A DNA stretch of 64,000 bases. It comes from an uncultured Actinomycetes bacterium. GTDB lineage: Bacteria > Actinomycetota > Thermoleophilia > Gaiellales > JAICJC01. The notes beneath the pieces were generated by a model. That model searched no databases, was not told where the DNA came from, and saw only the letters and a list, made by a program, of their open reading frames with translations. The stretch is from assembly GCA_963744065.1 (NCBI GenBank), contig CAVUSN010000023.1, positions 45,559 to 109,558 on the forward strand, given 5' to 3'. Shown here piece by piece: positions 9,284 to 17,224 of this stretch. The position numbers were made by a program, and so were the translations under genes. Positions within the stretch are counted from its first letter, which is position 1. The number at the start of each line of letters is the position of its first letter.

Positions 9284-11008
9284 TCAGAAGAGCTTGGATG
9301 TGAGGGCCTCGACCACCGGGCCGAGCACGAGCGCCGGCAGGATGGTGAGGGCGGGGAGCAGGATGACGACGCCGGTCAGCAGCACGACGAACGTCGGCCC
9401 GTCGGTGCGCATTGTCCCGGCGGACGGCGGCGTGATCTTCTTGGCCGCCACCGACCCGCCGATGGCCAGCGCCACCAGCAGCGGCACGAAGCGGCCCACA
9501 AGCATGGCGAATGCACCCAACATCGTGGAGAAGTTGAGGGCGCCGTAGCCGGCGAAGGCGCTGCCGTTGTTGTTGGTCTGCGACGTGTAGGCGTAGAAGG
9601 CCTCGGTGAAGCCGTGCGGGCCGGCGTTGAAGATGGACAGCTTGCCGGCATGCGTGGACATGGCGATCGCGGTCAGGATGAGCACCACGATGGGCACCCA
9701 TACAGATCCGATCACCGCCAGCTTCATCTCCCGGGCCTCGATCTTCTTGCCAAGGTACTCAGGCGTTCGGCCAACCATCAGCCCGCCCACGAAGACGGCG
9801 ATGATGACCAGCATCAGCATGCCGTACAGGCCGGAGCCGACGCCGCCGAAGATCACCTCGCCGATGAAGATGTTGGTCAGCGGCACGGCGCCGCCGAGGG
9901 CCGTGAAGGAGTCGTGGCTGCCGCTCACCGAGCCGTTTGAGGCGTCGGTGGTGGCGGTCGCCCACAGCGACGTGTTGGCGATCCCGTATCGGATCTCCTT
10001 GCCCTCCATGTTGCCGCCGGGCGAGTTCGACGATGCTGCGATGTTGACCCCGGACTGGCGCAGCACGGGCGATCCGTGCTGCTCGGCCGGAGCGGCGATG
10101 ACGACGCCCACAATCATCAGTAGAAACATGACCGACAGCAGAGCCCAGCCCTGCCGGGTCGCTCTGACCATCTTCCCGAACATGTACACCTCGGCCGAGC
10201 CGATTAGCAGGATGAAGAGCATCTCGATGAAGTTGGTGAACCCGTCGGGGTTCTCGAACGGCACGCTCGAGTTGGAGTTGTAGTAGCCCCCGCCGTTGGT
10301 GCCCAGCTGCTTCATGGCGATCTGCGACGCGGCGGGGCCGCGGGCGATCGACTGGGTCTGGCCGGTCAGTGTGTGCGCGACCGCGTGGCCCGAGAACGTC
10401 TCGGGGACGCCGCGCCAGATCAGGATGACGGTGGCGATGATGCAGATCGGCAGCAGGATGTAGGCCACTGTGCGGTACAGGTCGAACCAGAAGTTCCCCA
10501 GCGACGTGGTCTGGCGGCGGGCGAAGCCGCGGATCATGGCGACCATGACGCACATGCCGACGGCCGCGGAGATGAAGTTCTGCACCGCCAGCCCGGCCAT
10601 CTGGCTCAGATAGCTCATGGTGTACTCGCCGCCGTAGTACTGCCAGTTGGTGTTGGTGACGAAGCTGGACGCGGTGTTCACGGCCACGCCGGGATTGACG
10701 CCCTTGAGGCCGTCGGGATTCAGCGGCAGGTGGCCTTGCAGGCGCAGCAGTGCGTACAGCGGGATGATGAACATCATGCTGAACACGATCACGCTCGTCC
10801 CGTACTGCTTCCAGTTCTGCTCCTCCTCAGGGGATGTGCGCAGCAGCCTGTAGAAACCGCGCTCGGCGAAGCCGAACCAGCGGGCCAGGATGACCTGGTC
10901 GCCCTCGTACACTCGGGCCATGTATGCGCCCAGGAAGGGCGTCACGGCGAGCAGCACGACGACGTAGAAGATGATCTGGGCGATTCCTTGATAAGGGGGC
11001 AATGTCAC
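9284..11008 (-). CDS. kdpA: potassium-transporting ATPase subunit KdpA
   Basis: 574 aa polytopic protein. TNTNWQYYGGE and NGGGYYNSNS selectivity-filter-like motifs. GTG start overlaps the kdpF stop (GTGA). Confidence 0.97.
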   Translation of the reverse strand: MTLPPYQGIAQIIFYVVVLLAVTPFLGAYMARVYEGDQVILARWFGFAERGFYRLLRTSPEEEQNWKQYGTSVIVFSMMFIIPLYALLRLQGHLPLNPDGLKGVNPGVAVNTASSFVTNTNWQYYGGEYTMSYLSQMAGLAVQNFISAAVGMCVMVAMIRGFARRQTTSLGNFWFDLYRTVAYILLPICIIATVILIWRGVPETFSGHAVAHTLTGQTQSIARGPAASQIAMKQLGTNGGGYYNSNSSVPFENPDGFTNFIEMLFILLIGSAEVYMFGKMVRATRQGWALLSVMFLLMIVGVVIAAPAEQHGSPVLRQSGVNIAASSNSPGGNMEGKEIRYGIANTSLWATATTDASNGSVSGSHDSFTALGGAVPLTNIFIGEVIFGGVGSGLYGMLMLVIIAVFVGGLMVGRTPEYLGKKIEAREMKLAVIGSVWVPIVVLILTAIAMSTHAGKLSIFNAGPHGFTEAFYAYTSQTNNNGSAFAGYGALNFSTMLGAFAMLVGRFVPLLVALAIGGSVAAKKITPPSAGTMRTDGPTFVVLLTGVVILLPALTILPALVLGPVVEALTSKLF

Positions 11009-11094
11009 AGGTTTTCTCCACGCACGAGCGCGTACACCAGGTACACGAAGAGGATGATCGAGACGATCAGACCGAAGGCATCAGAGGCGGCCAT
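11005..11094 (-). CDS. kdpF: KdpF small subunit (29 aa)
   Basis: MAASDAFGLIVSIILFVYLVYALVRGENL. Resembles the E. coli KdpF C-terminal pattern YLVYAL. Below the ORF-track size cutoff. Coupled at both ends by overlapping stop and start codons. Confidence 0.8.
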   Translation of the reverse strand: MAASDAFGLIVSIILFVYLVYALVRGENL

Positions 11095-11177
11095 TACAGG
11101 CGCTCCAATCCCCACATGAAACCGAACATGGCGCCCAGACAGACGACCATAAGCAGCAACGCATACACATCAGGCAT
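11094..11177 (-). CDS. 27-aa hydrophobic peptide upstream of kdpF (unassigned)
   Basis: MPDVYALLLMVVCLGAMFGFMWGLERL. GAGAGGAG lies 6 nt before the ATG. The ATG overlaps the stop of the 206-aa ORF (ATGA), and its TAA overlaps the kdpF ATG (TAATG). Confidence 0.5.
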   Translation of the reverse strand: MPDVYALLLMVVCLGAMFGFMWGLERL

Positions 11178-11797
11178 CAGAAGCTCCTCTCGAGTTCGAA
11201 CAGGGTCTGCCGCAGCCGCTCCTCAAGGGCCGGCGCACCGGAATGGGCGTGCCGGTAGATGGGGCTGCCGGGATCGGTGATCAACTCCTCGGCCAGGCCG
11301 ACCGCTCGGGCCGAGACCGGCTGCGAGACGTCCTCCAGGTCAGCCGCCGCGCGCACCAGTTGCGGCTGGCAGGCGCGGACCGCCGGAATGTCCAGGGGGA
11401 CGCGGGCCGAGAGCCCGGACGCCCCCTCCGGCTCGCAGGCGACCCTGCGCAGCGACCCGGCCACCATCCTCCGGTGACGCGGGGCGAGCAGGGTGTGAGT
11501 GCGATCGCGCAGCACCTCGGGTGAGGGCCGGCGGCCGCGCTCGTGGGTCAGCCAGGCATCGGCGTGGGCGCTCAACTGCTTGCGCCGGATCCAACTCCAC
11601 GCCAGTGCGCCCATGCCGCCGGCGATCGACGCGATCAGTACCGCCGTCCAGGCGGTCGCGCGCAGCGCCCCCGACGCGCCGAGCGCGCCGGCGAGCCCGC
11701 CGATCGTCAGATACGGCAACACGGACTGCAGCGGGTGGGGGAGCCCCCTCTGGTAACCCGCCGCGGTGGACAGTCGCTTTCGATGCTGGGTAATCAT
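11177..11797 (-). CDS. hypothetical two-TM membrane protein, first ORF of the kdp operon
   Basis: 206 aa with G/C-rich third positions. Two hydrophobic segments (LPYLTIGGLAGALGA, AVLIASIAGGMGALAW), then a soluble domain. No family recognised. No obvious SD before the ATG at 11797. Confidence 0.6.
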   Translation of the reverse strand: MITQHRKRLSTAAGYQRGLPHPLQSVLPYLTIGGLAGALGASGALRATAWTAVLIASIAGGMGALAWSWIRRKQLSAHADAWLTHERGRRPSPEVLRDRTHTLLAPRHRRMVAGSLRRVACEPEGASGLSARVPLDIPAVRACQPQLVRAAADLEDVSQPVSARAVGLAEELITDPGSPIYRHAHSGAPALEERLRQTLFELERSF

Positions 11798-11821
11798 GGG
11801 TTTCAGGCTAGAAGGGGCGGC

Positions 11822-11857
11822 CTCAACGCGATCTCAAAGGCGTTGCGGAGCGCTCAA
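11822..11857 (-). promoter_or_regulatory. three TTGAG direct repeats (spacing 20 and 11 nt) upstream of the kdp operon; candidate response-regulator site
   Basis: CTCAA on the plus strand at 11822, 11833 and 11853. Mirrors the TTGAG cluster at 11962..12008. Confidence 0.3.
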
Positions 11858-11961
11858 CAAGGTCTCATCGGGCCGCGCGTGGCATTTCACACGCAGCGCC
11901 GGGCGCGGGACATCGGTGACTTCCACCCAACGTCGCCACGGGAGACTACGGAGGGCCCGCG

Positions 11962-12008
11962 TTGAGGGTCTGTTGACACGCCCGCAAGCGCCTTGAGTCC
12001 GTATTGAG
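11962..12008 (+). promoter_or_regulatory. four TTGAG/TTGAC direct repeats (spacing 11, 20, 11 nt) upstream of the divergent USP gene
   Basis: TTGAG 11962, TTGAC 11973, TTGAG 11993, TTGAG 12004. Helical-turn spacing is typical of OmpR-family sites. Confidence 0.3.
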
Positions 12009-12080
12009 CGGATCACTTCTAGCGTGACGGCAGGAGGCCGGGAACCCCCCGGATCTCGACCAAGGAGGAAGTGACCCAAG

Positions 12081-12530
12081 ATGTTCAAGACGATTCTGCT
12101 CGCGCTCGACGGCTCCGAGCGATCCGCGGATCCCGTGCGGTACGCCGCCGGGCTGGCGGACGAGGCGGACAGCCGGGTTGTGGTCGTCCACGTGCGAGAG
12201 CTCCACGCCGGCCGTGGCGCCGGGCCGGTGCATCTGCACGAGCCCGAGCTGGCGGCTGCCGTGCATCGGCAGGCCGAGGAGTTGCGCTCCCGTGGACTGA
12301 CCGTCGAGGAGCACGCCTACTCGACGTTCAAGAACCCGGCCGAGGTGATCGTCCGGGCTGCGGACAGGTTTGGCGCCAACGTCATCGTGACCGGTGGCTC
12401 CGAGCACCGCACCCTGCTGGGCGCGGTCATCGGCAGCACCCCGCAGGCGCTGCTGCACCGAGCTCCCTGCCCCGTGCTGGTGGCTCCGGATCGGGCCGGC
12501 GCTCGCCTTCGCGAGCCTGTGGCTGCCTGA
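12081..12530 (+). CDS. universal stress protein
   Basis: AAGGAGGAAG lies 10 nt before the ATG. MFKTILLALDGSERS...VIVTGGSEHRTLLGAVIGSTPQALLHRAPCPVLV is a classic USP-A signature. Confidence 0.9.
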   Translation: MFKTILLALDGSERSADPVRYAAGLADEADSRVVVVHVRELHAGRGAGPVHLHEPELAAAVHRQAEELRSRGLTVEEHAYSTFKNPAEVIVRAADRFGANVIVTGGSEHRTLLGAVIGSTPQALLHRAPCPVLVAPDRAGARLREPVAA

Positions 12531-12546
12531 TTTCGGCTCGGTTCAT

Positions 12547-12581
12547 GCGGGGCGCCGACGGTCTTCCCGCCGGCGCCCCGC
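12547..12581. terminator. 11-bp GC stem hairpin between convergent genes
   Basis: GCGGGGCGCCG (12547..12557) is perfectly complementary to CGGCGCCCCGC (12571..12581), with a 13-nt loop. Confidence 0.55.
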
Positions 12582-12586
12582 GGCGT

Positions 12587-13069
12587 TCAAGAGGATGAGC
12601 CCCGGGCGTCCAGCGCCGGGACGGTGGGCGTGGGCGGCGTGGGCCGTGGTGTGCGGCCCGCCCCCGTCGTCACCGGCGCAAGGCCGTGTATCTCGCGCCG
12701 CAGCCACCACCCAGCCGGGCCGGCCAGAACGATCCCGGCCACGGGCTCCAGGGCGCACGCGGCGCCGATCATGGCGGACACGCTGCGGCAGGGCACGATC
12801 TCGACTTTGCCCGTAACCCGAGTCTGGCGGATCGCCGTCAGTGCCGCCTGCTGCTGCCGGCGCAGCCGCTCGTGTAGCCGCGGGGGGACGGCGCCGATCG
12901 GCAGGGCAGGCGGGATCACACACGGGATCGCAACCCAGATGAAGCCTTCGTCCCGGGCTGCCGAGTGGATCGCGGAGGCGATCGTATCGGCCGAAACCCG
13001 GTTGCCGGTCGGGACGACGAGCGTCCTCGCGGATCCGGGGCGGGGGTGGGTGTGGGCTGACACTTCCAT
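12587..13069 (-). CDS. hypothetical protein
   Basis: 160 aa ORF with coding-like third positions. TLVVPTGNRVSADTIASAIHSAARDEGFIWVAIPCVIP. Pro/Thr-rich tail. The overlapping plus-strand ORF 12624..13157 looks non-coding. Confidence 0.5.
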   Translation of the reverse strand: MEVSAHTHPRPGSARTLVVPTGNRVSADTIASAIHSAARDEGFIWVAIPCVIPPALPIGAVPPRLHERLRRQQQAALTAIRQTRVTGKVEIVPCRSVSAMIGAACALEPVAGIVLAGPAGWWLRREIHGLAPVTTGAGRTPRPTPPTPTVPALDARGSSS

Positions 13070-13256
13070 ACCCTCACGCTATGGCCGGGAGGCTCAATGC
13101 GACCTCAAGAAGCAGCCCGCCGGCCCAACAGACCCTCACGACGGGCGCGGCCGATAAGCTGGGCGGGACAGTCATCGATGGCGTGCCGGGAAGCCTGGTC
13201 GGCAGGAGGATGCGCGTGCTGCCCTGGCGGCCCCCTCAGAACGAGTCCACGCCCTG

Positions 13257-14198
13257 ATGTCGACGCCGGTTGCGATCCTCCTGTTTGCGACCTCGCTGGC
13301 CGCCACCCTGGCCGCCGCCGGGCTGTTCGCGCGCCGGCTCGACCGGCTGGGTGACCGGCTCGGCATCCCGGAGCCGACGCTCGGCCTGCTGACGGCCCTG
13401 GCCGCCGACGCCCCTGAGCTGTCGTCGGCCGCGGCCGCCATCGCGGGCGGTCACGCCGCGGTCGGCGAGGGCGTCGTCATGGGCTCCAACATGTTCAACC
13501 TGGCCGCCATGATCGGGCTGAGCGCGATCCTGGCCGGTGCCATTCGGCTCGACTCGGCTGCGCTCGTGCGCGAGGGCGCGGTCGCACTGGCAGGGGTCGC
13601 TCTGGGCGGCAGCGTGCTGGTGGGATGGCTACCGGCATGGCTGGCACTGGCGGTGGTGATCGTGGGCGCGGTGCCGTACCTGCGCTGGCTGTCGGGCCTG
13701 CCGCCGATCCCGAGCGGACGCCCGGCCCTGGCCGGGCGGCACCGGGCGGCGGCCGAGGTGACGCGGCTCTTTGTGCTGGAGTTGCCGGCCGTGCTCGTGA
13801 TCGTTGCCGGCAGCGTCGGCATGGTCAGCGCCGCCGTCACCCTGGCCGATCGTTGGGGAGCGTCCCAGCGAGTTGTCGGCCTGCTCGTGCTGGCCACCAT
13901 GACCAGTCTGCCCAACGCGGCCACCGCCATCCGCCTGGGCCTGGCCGGGCGCGCGTCGGCGCTGGTCTCAGAGACCCTGAACAGCAACACCATCAACCTG
14001 ACGGGCGGCCTGATCGTGCCGTCGCTCTTCGTCACCGTCAGCGCATCGGGCGGCGCTGGCCTCGACGTCGGGGCACTGGTCGCGCTGACCGTCGGCAGCC
14101 TGCTTGTGGTCGGCCGCCGGGGCGGCGCGGGCAGGTTGGCGGGGGCCGGCATCATTGGCGGCTATCTGGCCTGGTTGGCCGTCCGACTGGCCATGTGA
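13257..14198 (+). CDS. CaCA-family cation/calcium exchanger (YrbG-like)
   Basis: 313 aa polytopic protein. Two alpha-repeat-like motifs (ALAADAPELSS..GSNMFNL and MTSLPNAATAI..NSNTINL). Confidence 0.85.
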   Translation: MSTPVAILLFATSLAATLAAAGLFARRLDRLGDRLGIPEPTLGLLTALAADAPELSSAAAAIAGGHAAVGEGVVMGSNMFNLAAMIGLSAILAGAIRLDSAALVREGAVALAGVALGGSVLVGWLPAWLALAVVIVGAVPYLRWLSGLPPIPSGRPALAGRHRAAAEVTRLFVLELPAVLVIVAGSVGMVSAAVTLADRWGASQRVVGLLVLATMTSLPNAATAIRLGLAGRASALVSETLNSNTINLTGGLIVPSLFVTVSASGGAGLDVGALVALTVGSLLVVGRRGGAGRLAGAGIIGGYLAWLAVRLAM

Positions 14199-14213
14199 GA
14201 TCGTGGGCCGCAG

Positions 14214-14927
14214 ATGAGCACCGCCCGACTGGCGCCGCTTCCGGCGAGCTTCCGCGAGACGACCGAGGCCCTGCACAGGCTGGCGGTGTACGTTATCTCG
14301 CCTGCCCAGCGGCTGGTCAACGGCGAGATCATCATGCGGGCGACGCCGGGTGGGTTTGCCACTTTCGAGTTCGACGGGCGGGCCGTCGGCGTGCAGGGCG
14401 ACCGCCTGCTGGCCGGCGGCCAGCCCCATCCGATCAGCTCGCTGAACGCCGCGGCAGAGGTCGCGGGCATCGCCCCCGACGTCGATCAGCAGACCCAGTT
14501 CGACGTGCCGGCCCACGGCGACCTGGACGCCGATCTGGCGGTCGATGCGCGGGCCGCCCTCGCGCTGGCTGACTGGTACGCGTTTGCGACTGACGCGCTG
14601 GAGGCCCTACGCGGGGAGGCGCAGGCGCAGGACGACGCGAGCATCGTGCGCATCTGGCCCGAGCATTTCGACGCCGCCATCGACATGGGCGATGCGGCCG
14701 CGGGCCGGCGCGCCACCTACGGCGCCTCTCCGGGCGACCGCCACCACGACCAGCCGTACCTGTACGTCTCGCCGTGGGCCGGCCGGATCGACGAGTTCTT
14801 CGCCGATCCGAGCTTCAAGGGCGCCTCGCTCGTCTACTCGCAGCTGCAGCCGCAACCCGATCAGCTGGGAACCGCGCTCGGCTTCCTGCGTGAGGCCCGG
14901 CGGCGAGTGCTGGCCCACACCGCCTGA
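14214..14927 (+). CDS. conserved hypothetical protein
   Basis: 237 aa soluble ORF with good third-position bias. No family recognised. Confidence 0.65.
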   Translation: MSTARLAPLPASFRETTEALHRLAVYVISPAQRLVNGEIIMRATPGGFATFEFDGRAVGVQGDRLLAGGQPHPISSLNAAAEVAGIAPDVDQQTQFDVPAHGDLDADLAVDARAALALADWYAFATDALEALRGEAQAQDDASIVRIWPEHFDAAIDMGDAAAGRRATYGASPGDRHHDQPYLYVSPWAGRIDEFFADPSFKGASLVYSQLQPQPDQLGTALGFLREARRRVLAHTA

Positions 14928-14936
14928 AGCCCCGGC

Positions 14937-16439
14937 TCAGTACAGAAGCAGCGTTCCGGCGGTCGCGTGGTTGTTGGCGTCGCCGGTGGGCAGGGCGATC
15001 ACGCCGCCGGCCACGATCGGCGAGTTCCAGTGGCCCGGCTGGGCCGGCAGGGAGGCGATGCGCGCGCCGGTGGCCGGTCGGTAGACGTCCAGCGTCCCGC
15101 CCGGGTCGTAGACAAACAGCAGCCCGCCGGCCAGCACCGGGCTGGTGCCGGCCGTCCCGATCGACCACACAGGCGTCAGCCGGGCCGCCCTGCCCGCACC
15201 CTGCAGGCGAAGCGCCTCGGTGCCCGAGCCGTCGGCTGCGAAGAGCCAGGTTTCGGTGGGAGAGCGATGCCACACGGCCATCGCCGTGAACATCTGCGCC
15301 CCGCCCGGGCTGGCCAGCGTCTGCAGCTCCCCGCCCAGCCGGCCGACGCCCTGGATGCCCAGGTCGATCAGCCGGATGTGGCCGTCCTTCCCGCCCTGGG
15401 CGACCAGCGGGCCGCCCTCCGACAGCAGGGCCGGCGCCGTCGAGCCCAGGTCGAGGTCGCTGGAGTTGAGCTCGGCCTGGTCGGACGGGGTGTAGGTGCG
15501 GAGCGGCCCCTGGCCCTCCGGGCCCAGTTCGAGCACCGAGTCGCCCCAGTTCTGCGCCCCGTCGAAGGGGCCGTTGCCGGTCGCCACCAGCACATCGCCG
15601 GTGGCCGGGTCGATGACCGCGCCGGCCCGGCCCCAGATGGCCGAGTCGGAGCCGGCGCAGGTGGGCGGCGAGAGCAGCGCGTGCACGTTCGCGCACAGCA
15701 TGTTGAAGACGGCCGCCAGCCGGCCGTCGGGCAGGTCGATCACGGCCAGGTGGCCCTGGTAGGGCGGGGCGTCGCCGATGTAGCCGCCGGTGACGACGTA
15801 CAGGCGGCCGGCGTGCACCGAGAGCGCCGAGGCGATCTTCTCCCGCCCCGGCAGCCTGGTCACCCGCACCGGCCAGCGGCCGCCGGTCAGCTCGCGCCCG
15901 CTGGACACCGCCAGCTTGTGGATCAGCCCATCCGGGGAGGCGGCATACAGGTAGCGGCGGTCCGGGTCGGCGGCCGGCGATGCGGTGGTGATCTGGGCGC
16001 TGCCCGCATAGCTCGCATACGACTTCGGCGTGTACGTCCACAGGATCCGCCCTACGGCCGAGACGGCCAGCGTGCGGCCGTAGGTGGTGGTCATGAAGAA
16101 GGCGCTCTGCATGCGGCCGCCGATGCGCACCCGGTGCAGATAGATCGGGGAGGAGTCGACCGTGCCGGGGAGGTCCACGGTCCTCGGGCGGAGGCTCGCC
16201 AGCGTGGCCGCGTTGATGCCCGTCGGCCCGGGCTGGACGTTGGTGCGGGCGGCGTCGACGCCGAACTGAAGCCAGTCGCGGCCCCGTGGAGCGTGATGGA
16301 CGGCCGGCGGCGGGGTGGTGGTCGAGCCGGTCGGCGGGGTCGTGGACGAGGCGGCGTGGGACCCGCCAGAGCTGCAGCCGGCGGCGGTCGCGATCAGGGC
16401 CGCCAACGCGGCTCGGCGGTGTGTGGGGATGCCGCCCAC
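14937..16439 (-). CDS. PQQ-like beta-propeller lipoprotein
   Basis: Lipobox ATAAGC after a basic N-terminus. Repeated blade-like segments (SSPIY, LYAASPDG, LYVVTGG, VLVATGNG, SPVLAGGLLFVYD). Confidence 0.8.
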   Translation of the reverse strand: MGGIPTHRRAALAALIATAAGCSSGGSHAASSTTPPTGSTTTPPPAVHHAPRGRDWLQFGVDAARTNVQPGPTGINAATLASLRPRTVDLPGTVDSSPIYLHRVRIGGRMQSAFFMTTTYGRTLAVSAVGRILWTYTPKSYASYAGSAQITTASPAADPDRRYLYAASPDGLIHKLAVSSGRELTGGRWPVRVTRLPGREKIASALSVHAGRLYVVTGGYIGDAPPYQGHLAVIDLPDGRLAAVFNMLCANVHALLSPPTCAGSDSAIWGRAGAVIDPATGDVLVATGNGPFDGAQNWGDSVLELGPEGQGPLRTYTPSDQAELNSSDLDLGSTAPALLSEGGPLVAQGGKDGHIRLIDLGIQGVGRLGGELQTLASPGGAQMFTAMAVWHRSPTETWLFAADGSGTEALRLQGAGRAARLTPVWSIGTAGTSPVLAGGLLFVYDPGGTLDVYRPATGARIASLPAQPGHWNSPIVAGGVIALPTGDANNHATAGTLLLY

Positions 16440-16465
16440 AGGGATGGAGGGTATCCTCGGCGGCG

Positions 16466-17224
16466 ATGGTTCCGGACCGGGTGCCGCTGGGCGCCGCGCT
16501 GTTGGTGGCCGCCGTGGGCGGCGCCCGCTCGGTGCTCGACATGGGCTGCGGCAGCGGCCGGCTGACCGTCATGCTGGCATCGGCCGGAGCGTCCGTCACC
16601 GGCGTCGACACAAGCGCCCAGCGGCTCTCCGTGCTGCGGGGGGCGGCGGAGGCAGCCGCGGTGCCGGTCGAGGTGGTGGAGGCCGACATGGACGAGCCGC
16701 TGCCGTTCGCCGACGGCGCATTCGGCGCGGCCGTCAGCCGCCTCTCGCTGCAGATCGCCCGCGACCCGCTGGCCACCCTGCGGGAGGTCGTGCGGGTCGT
16801 CGAGGCACACGCGCCGGTGGCCACGGCCGTATGGGCCGACCCGGCCCGGAACCCCTGGTTCTGCGAGCCACGGGCAGCGGTGGCGGCCGCGCTCGGACCG
16901 GAGCGGGCGGCCTTCGCGCGAGTGTTCGGCCGGCTCGGCAATCTCGAAGAACTGGAGCAGTTGCACCGCAGCGCCGGGCTGGTCGACGCGCGCGGCCAGA
17001 CCCTGGTCGACATCGTCCGGCCGGCCAGCGCAGCCGAGCACTGGGATCGCCTGGCGGGCTCGATCGGCCACTACCGGCGTCTGCGCGAGTCGCTCACCGC
17101 AGCTGAGGCTGAGGCTGTGGCGGGTGAGCTGGAGCGCCGGCTGGAGCCGTTTCGGCGCGGCGCCGGGCTGGAGCTCGAGCGTACGATGCTGATCGTGACC
17201 GCCCGCACGCCAGGCCCCACCTGA
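16466..17224 (+). CDS. class I SAM-dependent methyltransferase
   Basis: ATG at 16466. Motif I VLDMGCGSGRL; acidic loop VTGVDTS; post-I/II pattern. Confidence 0.85.
   Translation: MVPDRVPLGAALLVAAVGGARSVLDMGCGSGRLTVMLASAGASVTGVDTSAQRLSVLRGAAEAAAVPVEVVEADMDEPLPFADGAFGAAVSRLSLQIARDPLATLREVVRVVEAHAPVATAVWADPARNPWFCEPRAAVAAALGPERAAFARVFGRLGNLEELEQLHRSAGLVDARGQTLVDIVRPASAAEHWDRLAGSIGHYRRLRESLTAAEAEAVAGELERRLEPFRRGAGLELERTMLIVTARTPGPT

Noticed and set aside
11798-12080. Possible c-di-AMP (ydaO-type) or other riboswitch in the kdp leader.
   Set aside because: kdp operons are riboswitch-controlled in some Firmicutes, but I could not find the conserved ACGGGG / CCGAAUCC-type cores or the pseudo-symmetric helices on the minus strand. 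Only cmscan could settle this.
14815-17013. Very long ORFs with Arg/Pro/Gly/Ala-rich translations. Examples: 14815..17013 (732 aa), 17071..18435, 3430..5316, 39263..41062, 33297..34856, 152..937.
   Set aside because: They lie antisense or out of frame to ORFs with clear motifs. They have low-complexity Arg-rich composition and lack third-position G/C bias. Spurious open frames of this kind are typical of DNA this GC-rich.
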